Assembly: GCA_034660995.1 (NCBI GenBank)
Contig: JAYEKL010000055.1
Coordinates: forward strand, 1-14,936
Source of the DNA: Patescibacteria group bacterium
GTDB lineage: Bacteria > Patescibacteriota > Minisyncoccia > JAHIHE01 > JAGLIN01
Reading direction: 5' to 3'
DNA length: 14,936 nt
Under the pieces are notes generated by a model. It saw only the letters and a program-made list of their open reading frames with translations, did no database searches and was not told where the DNA came from. This document shows positions 1 to 6,719 of this stretch, piece by piece. The position numbers and the translations under genes were made by a program. The number at the start of each line of letters is the position of its first letter. Position 1 is the first letter of the stretch.

Positions 1-45
1 ATCTTCGCCAAATCTAGCAGTTCTTTCTTCTAAATCATAATTCAT
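1..45 (-). CDS. 5' end (first 15 codons) of a second four-helix-bundle protein gene, truncated by the window edge
   Basis: Bases 1-109 are 100% identical to 1155-1263, which covers the ATG and the first 15 codons (MNYDLEERTARFGED) of the 4HB gene at 855-1199 plus 64 bp of its upstream region. Confidence 0.5.
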   Translation of the reverse strand, partial: MNYDLEERTARFGED

Positions 46-109
46 AAATTTAATGTTTTAAAAATTAAAAATTAGAATTTATTTATAAAATTAAAAATTA
101 CAAAATTTA
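1..109. repeat. Direct repeat copy 1 (109 bp, perfect) of the 4HB-gene 5' end plus upstream region; copy 2 is at 1155-1263
   Basis: Direct comparison of the two stretches shows no mismatches. Copy 1 may extend further left, beyond the window. Confidence 0.9.
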
Positions 110-113
110 TATC

Positions 114-785
114 CTATCTTGCCAGATCAAGATCGGCCATATCAGCAAGCCCTTTTTTCTCGGAAATCTCAGGGTTATATAGATTATAATAAAGTTCAAT
201 TAACTCTTGCGTGTTAAGCATTGTCATACGAAGTCCAGTTCCAGATAAATTTTCTATAACATGGTCCACTCTTTGAAACAGCTGATCTTTATATTTTTCA
301 AAAGTCGTTCGACTAGACATCAGCTTAGAAGAACTTCCAAAACCTTTAAGAACTGATAAAGCGCCTCCCTTTGACTCTGACACCGAGAACGGAACAACAA
401 TATAGAATGTTTTACTAACAATATTAGCCATTTTAACTAATCCTTGAATATACTCTATATAATTTGAAGTTTGCATACGAAGAAGTTCATTCATCTGTTT
501 TTTTTCCTGATCTTTTAAAATTTGCAAATAGTTATCAAGATTCAACTTTCTTGAATTTATTACTATTTGCACAGAAAAATCAAGAGAATTTAAAAAACTC
601 TGATAATGATAAATTATAGCGTCCTGCTCATCTATAGACTTAAGAGCAAAATTTATTGATGAAACCATTAGAACAGCTTTCATACTTCCGTTTTTCATAA
701 CAACAAGACCATCTTTTATTTCAGCAATCTCAAGATACTTTTGAACGCTTAACCCTTTTTTATTTTGTTTCTCTGGAGTGGACAT
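114..785 (-). CDS. Hypothetical 223-aa soluble protein resembling the N-terminal (CagE/TrbE/VirB4-type) domain of VirB4-family ATPases; it lacks Walker A/B motifs
   Basis: A clean ORF with no TM segments. The stretch IKDGLVVMKNGSMKAVLMVSSINFALKSIDEQDAIIYHYQSFLNSLDFSVQIVINSRKL fits the VirB4/TrbE N-terminal pattern (V-x-K-DGS..., F-x-L-x-G-x-D-x-E..., LN-x-AL-x-L, Q..R). No P-loop is present. The gene is bracketed by the duplicated 4HB gene ends. Confidence 0.4.
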   Translation of the reverse strand: MSTPEKQNKKGLSVQKYLEIAEIKDGLVVMKNGSMKAVLMVSSINFALKSIDEQDAIIYHYQSFLNSLDFSVQIVINSRKLNLDNYLQILKDQEKKQMNELLRMQTSNYIEYIQGLVKMANIVSKTFYIVVPFSVSESKGGALSVLKGFGSSSKLMSSRTTFEKYKDQLFQRVDHVIENLSGTGLRMTMLNTQELIELYYNLYNPEISEKKGLADMADLDLAR

Positions 786-854
786 ATCTTATAATTTTTA
801 AATTTTTAAATTTTATAATTCTTAAATAATGTTTAAATTTTTAATTTCAAAAAA

Positions 855-1199
855 TTATTTACTGCAAGTTTTAGTAATTTTAGAAAAAATTAAAGTTAAT
901 TCGTGAGCTTCTTTCCACAATTTTCTGCATTCACTTTCTTTTTCATTATTAGCTTTGGCGATCATTCTTAACCAGTGTTTTGTTTCATTTGCTTCTTTTT
1001 GGCAAATTCTTATTTTATTTTTAAAGTCTTTTTTAGAACTAGCTTGATTAGCTTCCATATAGTTAGCTCCAATGCTTGTTCCTGATCTTATAATCTGATT
1101 TATAAGTGGTTTGTTTATTTCATTACTTTCTAATAATTTTACAAAAATTATAATATCTTCGCCAAATCTAGCAGTTCTTTCTTCTAAATCATAATTCAT
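855..1199 (-). CDS. Four-helix-bundle protein (TIGR02436 / 23S rRNA intervening-sequence protein family; Avd-like)
   Basis: 114 aa carrying the family hallmarks ERTxRFxEDIIxFVKxL, RSGTSIGANYMEA, SKKDFxNKIRICQKEANETKHWLRM. Confidence 0.85.
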   Translation of the reverse strand: MNYDLEERTARFGEDIIIFVKLLESNEINKPLINQIIRSGTSIGANYMEANQASSKKDFKNKIRICQKEANETKHWLRMIAKANNEKESECRKLWKEAHELTLIFSKITKTCSK

Positions 1200-1263
1200 A
1201 AATTTAATGTTTTAAAAATTAAAAATTAGAATTTATTTATAAAATTAAAAATTACAAAATTTA
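1155..1263. repeat. Direct repeat copy 2 (109 bp, perfect) covering the 4HB gene start and its AT-rich upstream region
   Basis: Identical to 1-109. Confidence 0.9.
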
Positions 1264-1276
1264 AAAATTTTATTTA

Positions 1277-1720
1277 TTATATCTTCTCCTTAGGCCTTGC
1301 CTTTGCCTCATAAGGCATACTAACAGAAGTACTTGTATCAAGTAACCAAGCTAATTCTTTTATTCTATTTTTTGACACCTGCGTTGCTTGAATTTCTTTT
1401 TTTGCTTTCTTTTTCTGTGTTAATTTGAACATTCTTCCGTCTGGCTCTCTTCTCCAAATATAAAGATGGGGAGTAGTATAAAAATTTATTATATTAGTTA
1501 TCCATCTTAAAACAGTAAATCCTTTTGGTTTCCAAAAAGCAAAAGCTAAAGAAAGTATTGTCGTAGGAATAGCAATAATAATAAAATAGCCAAAACGAAA
1601 AAAAGTAAACGAAATAAGCATAATTCCAAACCCAATTATCATAAAAAGCGCTTGTTTTCCCGTAAAAGGACCAACAATTTTATCTTCTACATTTATAAAT
1701 TGTGGAACACTGTATTGCAT
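1277..1720 (-). CDS. PrgI-family (VirB3-like) small membrane protein of conjugation/T4SS-like systems
   Basis: 147 aa. The N-terminus MQYSVPQFINVEDKIVGPFTGKQALFMIIGF matches the PrgI-family signature (xVPxFIxVEDKIxGPxTxKQ). Two to three TM helices are followed by a basic C-terminal tail. It is adjacent to the VirB4-like and VirB6-like genes. Confidence 0.55.
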   Translation of the reverse strand: MQYSVPQFINVEDKIVGPFTGKQALFMIIGFGIMLISFTFFRFGYFIIIAIPTTILSLAFAFWKPKGFTVLRWITNIINFYTTPHLYIWRREPDGRMFKLTQKKKAKKEIQATQVSKNRIKELAWLLDTSTSVSMPYEAKARPKEKI

Positions 1721-1873
1721 AAAATTCTATTGTTATATTGTTCTATTATTAAATTGTTAACTTCTCATTCGTAAACTTCAAAATCAGTTAACTTTATATT
1801 ATTTATTGTATAAAACATCAAATTTAAAATTTAAAATAATGAGTAGTGTGAGTTATATTTCTACTAAATATCC

Positions 1874-1922
1874 TTCGACCTTGTGGAGAAATAACACGCG
1901 TAGAGTTCTCCATAAAGTCAAA
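1874..1922. repeat. Family-1 palindromic hairpin element: TTCGACCTTGTGGAGAA, 15-nt loop, TTCTCCATAAAGTCAAA
   Basis: Inverted repeat with one mismatch and one G:U pair. Related copies lie at 5808-5874 and 8514-8549. It sits between two codirectional minus-strand genes, in a REP/terminator-like position. Confidence 0.7.
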
Positions 1923-2043
1923 CAATATTATTATCTAAATCAATTCACGCTACTAATAATTTAATAATACTTATCAAGTTTTAAAAATTTCTTCTCCATA
2001 TCCTGCTAAAATTAACAATAGAGCAATACAACAATAGAGCAAT

Positions 2044-2832
2044 TTAATCCACTGTTTTTGAAAAATCTATTTTTTTATTCTTCGTAGAATATGGCAAAAG
2101 AATCTTCTCATCTACAGATTTTAGAATTAAATTTAGCTGTCTTCGTTCCTCTTCATTCATACTCTTTGTATTTTTATCATGATATACATACCGAGCACGC
2201 TCAATGTTAGAATGACGATAATGTCCCATTTTTTCTCTATAGTCTTTTAACCAATATTTTATCAATGGCTTCATCGGGGCCGACATACTTTTTAATTTTA
2301 TTGACTCTTGACTTCCAATTTGCTGTTTTTCAACAACTGGATATTTATCAATAAGATTCTTGATAGATTTTGAAACTATTGTGTCTGCCATTCTTTTTCT
2401 CTCTTCCGCTTCTTCCGCTTCTTTCATTTTTTCCATCGCTTCTTCTCTTTTTAAAAGCTGTTCTGTCAATTGTTTTAGCTTTTCTTTCGGGATTTCTCCA
2501 CCCAACTTTAAAATTTCATCTTCAATACCTGGAAAATAGCTATTAATAGGATAGAGAATTTCGCACAGAATAATAAGGGCGACTTCAATAGATTGTTTAT
2601 TATCTAATTTTAATCCTTCCTCAATAGCCTCAGCAAGCTGTTCAATTTTTATGTCTTTCAAAACTGTATATCTAATAATACCTTTTAAAATCTCATTTTT
2701 ATCCAAATTACTTTCTAAGTATTCTTTCCTTATTCTAGTAATAGCCTCTAAAGTATAATCTTCATAAATATTATCTAGAACAAAAGACGGAAGCGACTGG
2801 AATCTATTTGTTTTTTGATTATTAGTTTTCAT
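2044..2832 (-). CDS. Hypothetical 262-aa protein; soluble and coiled-coil rich
   Basis: Uninterrupted ORF in the T4SS-like gene run. No TM segments. The central part, EEAMEKMKEAEEAEERKR, is E/K-rich. No motif recognised. Confidence 0.65.
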   Translation of the reverse strand: MKTNNQKTNRFQSLPSFVLDNIYEDYTLEAITRIRKEYLESNLDKNEILKGIIRYTVLKDIKIEQLAEAIEEGLKLDNKQSIEVALIILCEILYPINSYFPGIEDEILKLGGEIPKEKLKQLTEQLLKREEAMEKMKEAEEAEERKRMADTIVSKSIKNLIDKYPVVEKQQIGSQESIKLKSMSAPMKPLIKYWLKDYREKMGHYRHSNIERARYVYHDKNTKSMNEEERRQLNLILKSVDEKILLPYSTKNKKIDFSKTVD

Positions 2833-2938
2833 TTTAATAAATTTAATCTACTTGATTGTAGTTATACTATCGTTCTACAGACTAAAACAAAACCAACATG
2901 AACTTTTGTTCTTAGATCTATTATTTATTACAAAATGT

Positions 2939-5413
2939 TTAGAACTTATCACCGCTTATTCTGCTTTTCATATTATCTATTTGTTTTTCAAAATCAATAA
3001 TTTTTTCCAGATTTGGAATTGCTTCTTCTCTAGACTTTATATTATTTTCAATTGTTATTTTTTTATCAGGATCTTTTTCTGTTTTTAATTTTTCCTTATC
3101 CTTCAAAAGTGCTTCGTACTGAGTCTTATTTAGTCCTAATAGTTCATCTTTCTTTTTACTCTTTGCTTTCTCAATAATTTCAAATTTTTCTTCATAACCT
3201 TCTTTATGAATACGCGTGCTTTGAGAAGAAGTGGTTTCAGCGCCATATTTTTCAAGATCTTCATCACTCATTTTTGCAACAACTTTTGGATCAAATTTTC
3301 CAAAAGCTTTTCCAATATGTTTTTCAAAATCTTTACCTGACTTTTCGAATACTTTTTCCACATCTCCGCCAAAATTAACTGCGTCAATTTTAATCTCTTC
3401 ATCCTTCTTTAATATTTTTTTTGCTTTTTCTTGCTCTTTCTTACTCTTTGTGTCATCTTTTGAATCTTTTTCAGCTTGTTTATATTCTTCCTTACTAAGT
3501 CCATTTGCTGCCAATCCTTCCGAAAATTCAGCCTGCTGTTTTTTACTTAATTTAGCTTTAAAAGCCTTTTTCTGACCCGAATCTAAGCTGTCATTTATTG
3601 CTCTTGCTTGCATTTTACCTTTAAGATTTTTAATCTTATTTACATCTCCACCATCTTCAATTATATCCAGAACTTCTTCTCTCATTATTTCTTCTTTATA
3701 AGCATCTTTTGATCCTCCTTTGTCTTTTATTCTTTGTTGCGCTTCATCACTAAATGTATCATCTTTTTTATTTTCTATTCTATCTTGCGCGCCGCTTGTC
3801 ATCGTTGCGAGATCTAAGTCTCTATGGGTAAGCTCTTTTAATTCTTTGTCGCTAAGAGATGCTTCTACTGCTGGAAACAATTTTTCTATATCATCTTTGT
3901 AATCGGCTACTTTACCATGCCCAGCAGCTGTTTCTACAAACAGAGCTTTTTCCTCTTTCGTTGCCGGTACTTGACCTTTTTTAATTGATCCTGTTGCTAT
4001 TTCATGCATCACAGTCAACTCTCTCTCTTTTTCAGCGCCATGTTTTTCTCTTTCTTTTTTCATTTTTTCTTCTCTTGACTTTTTATCTTCCGCATTTCTT
4101 TTGGAGGCTCTTACCCCCCCGCCAGGCAATTTTTTATCAATTTTATCTCTTTCCTTTTTTAAAACATCATAACCTTTTCTTACACTTTCATTTCTACTTA
4201 CAGCCCCTTTTCCCGCCTTCCTCCCATACCCTCCAGCCAATTTAACCCCCGCATAGGTTCCCATAGCAATTTTCCCAATTCCAGCAGCTCCGCCTATGAT
4301 TTTGTTAGAACCTGCTACACCAAGTCTTTGAGTAATTGGAATAACAGCTAAAAGCATAAGAAGCGGAATTGAATTCGGAATTATAAGCCGCACAACTCCA
4401 TTCATTATATTAAGATCACTACTGGTAGCTGCAAGTGGCGTAAAGTTAGTTACCAACTCATTCGCCATTGTCGCAGACAAATAAACAAAAAACATAAAAA
4501 TTGGACCGAACAAAGAATACTTTACCAGTTCACTCCACCACTCACTTGTATATTTAGACATTGAAGGCATTACAATGCTCAAAAACGCAATAGGAGAAAG
4601 AATTATTAAAAACACAAATGCCACTAAACGAATTAAAAGAAATATCGCCAACATAATATACACAAAACCTAAGACTAGGGAATATGCCAACGCAAAGGCT
4701 ACTAGAATAACTTTGTCTAGAGAAGCAGATGAACTATTATTAAGCATAATATTAAATTGATCCACGATAGAAGTAAGACTTCCTGCTCCTCCCTGAAAAG
4801 TTCCCATCCAGTTTCTTATTTCATACAAAAAAACTTGCCCGAAATCAATTACAAGTTTTGCAATTACAGCGCTAAAATTTATTAAAAATAGCGATATAAT
4901 AAGTTTCGGAAGAAGATTTTTTGCGTTAAACGTGCTACTTCTTAATATTGTGCCAAACGCGATAATAAGCAAAAAGAATAAATAAAAAGTATTACACATA
5001 TCTCTTACTGTTGTCCATCCAATATCAACAGTTGTAGAAGTTAAGACTCCTGGATTACTAGCGTCACCAACATATAATCCAGAATCAAGCGCTATATCAA
5101 TACACCACGCCCCAAATTTAACCAAAATAGTTGAAAAATAAAGGCCTAAATTCAAAATAGCAAAAGCGACTACGTATATAAGATTCATTATAGTACCACC
5201 TGGGTCATTTATAAGACTTTTTATCCCATCTGTAAGAAACCTAGTACCTATATTAACAAAACCAGCTTGAGCCTCGTAAACAGGAATGCTTACACTTACA
5301 ACTACAAGAAAAAGAACAATTGCTATTGATAAAAAATGTTTTTTTTGAAACTTTTTATTTTTTTGAAAAAATTTTGAAAAATTATTTACAAAAGATTTAA
5401 AATTTTCACTCAT
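2939..5413 (-). CDS. 824-aa polytopic membrane protein with a long K/E/D-rich low-complexity C-terminal half; candidate VirB6/TrbL-like T4SS channel component
   Basis: The N-terminal ~390 aa hold about 8 predicted TM helices after a signal-like start (…LFLVVVSVSIPVYEAQA). The C-terminal ~430 aa are highly charged (KKSREEKMKKEREKHGAEKERE…). It sits in a cluster with PrgI-like and VirB4-N-like genes. The VirB6/TrbL assignment rests on topology and context only. Confidence 0.45.
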   Translation of the reverse strand: MSENFKSFVNNFSKFFQKNKKFQKKHFLSIAIVLFLVVVSVSIPVYEAQAGFVNIGTRFLTDGIKSLINDPGGTIMNLIYVVAFAILNLGLYFSTILVKFGAWCIDIALDSGLYVGDASNPGVLTSTTVDIGWTTVRDMCNTFYLFFLLIIAFGTILRSSTFNAKNLLPKLIISLFLINFSAVIAKLVIDFGQVFLYEIRNWMGTFQGGAGSLTSIVDQFNIMLNNSSSASLDKVILVAFALAYSLVLGFVYIMLAIFLLIRLVAFVFLIILSPIAFLSIVMPSMSKYTSEWWSELVKYSLFGPIFMFFVYLSATMANELVTNFTPLAATSSDLNIMNGVVRLIIPNSIPLLMLLAVIPITQRLGVAGSNKIIGGAAGIGKIAMGTYAGVKLAGGYGRKAGKGAVSRNESVRKGYDVLKKERDKIDKKLPGGGVRASKRNAEDKKSREEKMKKEREKHGAEKERELTVMHEIATGSIKKGQVPATKEEKALFVETAAGHGKVADYKDDIEKLFPAVEASLSDKELKELTHRDLDLATMTSGAQDRIENKKDDTFSDEAQQRIKDKGGSKDAYKEEIMREEVLDIIEDGGDVNKIKNLKGKMQARAINDSLDSGQKKAFKAKLSKKQQAEFSEGLAANGLSKEEYKQAEKDSKDDTKSKKEQEKAKKILKKDEEIKIDAVNFGGDVEKVFEKSGKDFEKHIGKAFGKFDPKVVAKMSDEDLEKYGAETTSSQSTRIHKEGYEEKFEIIEKAKSKKKDELLGLNKTQYEALLKDKEKLKTEKDPDKKITIENNIKSREEAIPNLEKIIDFEKQIDNMKSRISGDKF

Positions 5414-5480
5414 ATTTTTTTGAAAAGAAGTAAAAAATAAACTAAAAAACTGGCAACATTAGACTATAGAAGAACATTTT

Positions 5481-5621
5481 TGTCATCTCGACTGGAGCAC
5501 TGATAAATTCAGTATAAACTTCGCGAAATGGAGAGATCTGTAAACACACTATGCCTGCTTTAAAAAATACATTTTATCCGTTTACAGATTTCTCTCCGCC
5601 AGTCGGCAGATCGAAATGACA
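5481..5621. repeat. Long imperfect inverted repeat (~141 bp) in the region upstream of the 824-aa gene
   Basis: The left arm TGTCATCTCGACTGG…GGAGAGATCTGTAAACA (5481-5546) pairs with the reverse complement of 5578-5621 (CCGTTTACAGATTTCTCTCCGCCAGTCGGCAGATCGAAATGACA). The left arm carries a ~31-bp insertion relative to the right arm. Confidence 0.7.
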
Positions 5622-5708
5622 GTTATAAAAAGTGTTCTTCTACGCCCTAAATATATAAAACCACTAATTTTAATTATATTATATCACAAAACAAAATAAA
5701 GGCAAAAT

Positions 5709-5757
5709 CATATTAACATATTAACATACTAACATTTTAACATATTAACATGCTAAA
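5709..5757. repeat. 8-bp tandem repeat array (ATATTAAC-like units, ~6 copies); left part
   Basis: CATATTAACATATTAACATACTAACATTTTAACATATTAACATGCTAA. The same unit resumes at 5959-5997 on the far side of the inserted element. Confidence 0.8.
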
Positions 5758-5758
5758 T

Positions 5759-5962
5759 AGGGGCTGGTGATTTTTAAGAAAATCAACAGGGCCTAAGTAT
5801 AATATTGTTCGACTTTATGGAGAACTATTGCGTGAAATAATGTTCTGTGCGTATTACTTCTCCACAAGATCGAAAAATATTAAGTGTGATGCTTAATACT
5901 TAATACTTAGACACACCCCCAACCCCCTCTCTAGAGGGGAACTATAAGAAAATCAGCAGATT
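5759..5962. mobile_element. MITE-like element A (~204 bp), family 3, with terminal inverted repeats GGCTGGTGATTTTTAAGAAAAT / ATAAGAAAATCAGCAGATTC; it carries a family-1 hairpin inside
   Basis: The terminal inverted repeats are visible directly. The interior 5808-5874 is a family-1 hairpin (CGACTTTATGGAGAA…TTCTCCACAAGATCG). The right half matches, in reverse orientation, element B at 13331-13450 (TCTGCTGATTTTCTTATARTTCCCCTCTAGAGAG…GGTGTGT). Confidence 0.65.
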
Positions 5963-5997
5963 CTAACATCTTAACATTCTAACATATTAACATTTTT
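5959..5997. repeat. 8-bp tandem repeat array, right part (TCTAACAT CTTAACAT TCTAACAT ATTAACAT)
   Basis: Same 8-bp unit as at 5709-5757. The array is split by element A. Confidence 0.75.
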
Positions 5998-6070
5998 CAG
6001 AAATAACAACTTTCCTTTATAAAAAGAAAGGGTGTAGAATCTAAAGAAATATTAAAGTTTTTCTCAATAA

Positions 6071-6099
6071 AAAAGGCGGGTACATATTTTTACGCGCCC
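6071..6099 (-). terminator. Candidate rho-independent terminator for the 209-aa gene
   Basis: On the minus strand GGGCGCGTAAAAATATGTACCCGCC forms a 7 of 8-bp GC-rich stem followed by TTTTTTATT. The stem overlaps the stop codon. Confidence 0.45.
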
Positions 6100-6719
6100 A
6101 CCACTTTGAAATTTGTTATCTCAATCGTCGCGCCAGCTGGCACGACAATCTCAATCGCTATTTCCCTATCTTTATCATAGTCACCTTGTTGGTGACGTTT
6201 ATAGTATCTTCCTCCTTCTTCCGAAAAATTCACAACCTCATACGGATACATGAGATTTGGAGGTGAATTCATGTCCCAAACTTTCATTTGGAACGATGCA
6301 GACGAATTTCCTTTGTAGTCAAAAGAAACCGCAAACATCGTATCATAGAAAGAGATTAATCTATATGTACTCTCTTTCTCTCCTCCTCTTATCCTAATCC
6401 AATCTGTTCCAGGATCCGCAGATCCGGAAACACTGACAGGAACTAACTTTAAGATAATTCCTTTTCGAGGATCTTTATCTCCCCAAAGATCAGTCTGAAC
6501 CAATCCAGAACAGATAGCTGCAACAAGAAAGATAAAAGAAAAAACTATCGCTAGCCCAATCTTCCTTTCTCCAGTCCCGCTGAAAACAATAAATGTGAGC
6601 AAAAATATTGCTATAAAAATCACAATTAGAGTTGTCCAATTAGTGCTCGCTCTCAATATGCTTAAAGCAAAAAAGAGAAGCAAGACAGAAAGTACTGCCT
6701 TTGTAAGTATCTGATTCAT
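6090..6719 (-). CDS. 209-aa membrane-anchored protein (3 N-terminal TM helices plus a ~130-aa soluble domain); possible NfeD-like partner of the upstream SPFH protein
   Basis: Its ATG overlaps the stop of the SPFH gene (TAATG), which suggests translational coupling. The order SPFH then small membrane protein mirrors qmcA-ybbJ-type pairs. No strong NfeD motif is seen, so the NfeD assignment is tentative. Confidence 0.3.
   Translation of the reverse strand: MNQILTKAVLSVLLLFFALSILRASTNWTTLIVIFIAIFLLTFIVFSGTGERKIGLAIVFSFIFLVAAICSGLVQTDLWGDKDPRKGIILKLVPVSVSGSADPGTDWIRIRGGEKESTYRLISFYDTMFAVSFDYKGNSSASFQMKVWDMNSPPNLMYPYEVVNFSEEGGRYYKRHQQGDYDKDREIAIEIVVPAGATIEITNFKVVGA

Noticed and set aside
855-1199. 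4HB gene as part of a 23S rRNA intervening sequence
   Set aside because: No rRNA sequence is present in the window. Both copies are embedded among protein-coding T4SS-like genes.
1-1263. Diversity-generating retroelement, suggested by the Avd-like 4HB proteins
   Set aside because: The window holds no reverse-transcriptase ORF and no template/variable repeat pair with adenine-specific mismatches. The only long repeat here is the perfect 109-bp promoter/5'-end duplication.
4130-4260. Glycine-rich stretch GGAAGIGKIAMGTYAGVKLAGGYGRKAGKG in the 824-aa protein as a P-loop
   Set aside because: It does not fit GxxxxGK[ST]. It lies right after the last TM helix and looks like a flexible linker.
2852-4760. 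Plus-strand ORFs 2852-3088, 3231-3575, 3720-3902, 3985-4245 and 4575-4760
   Set aside because: All lie antisense within the 824-aa minus-strand gene. Their products are low-complexity (S/F/L-rich), reflecting the complement of K/E codons. They have no start context and no motifs.
5709-5997. Possible CRISPR array
   Set aside because: The repeats are contiguous 8-bp units with no spacers, which makes this a microsatellite-like tandem repeat. There are no cas genes and no 24-48-bp repeat/spacer periodicity anywhere in the window.
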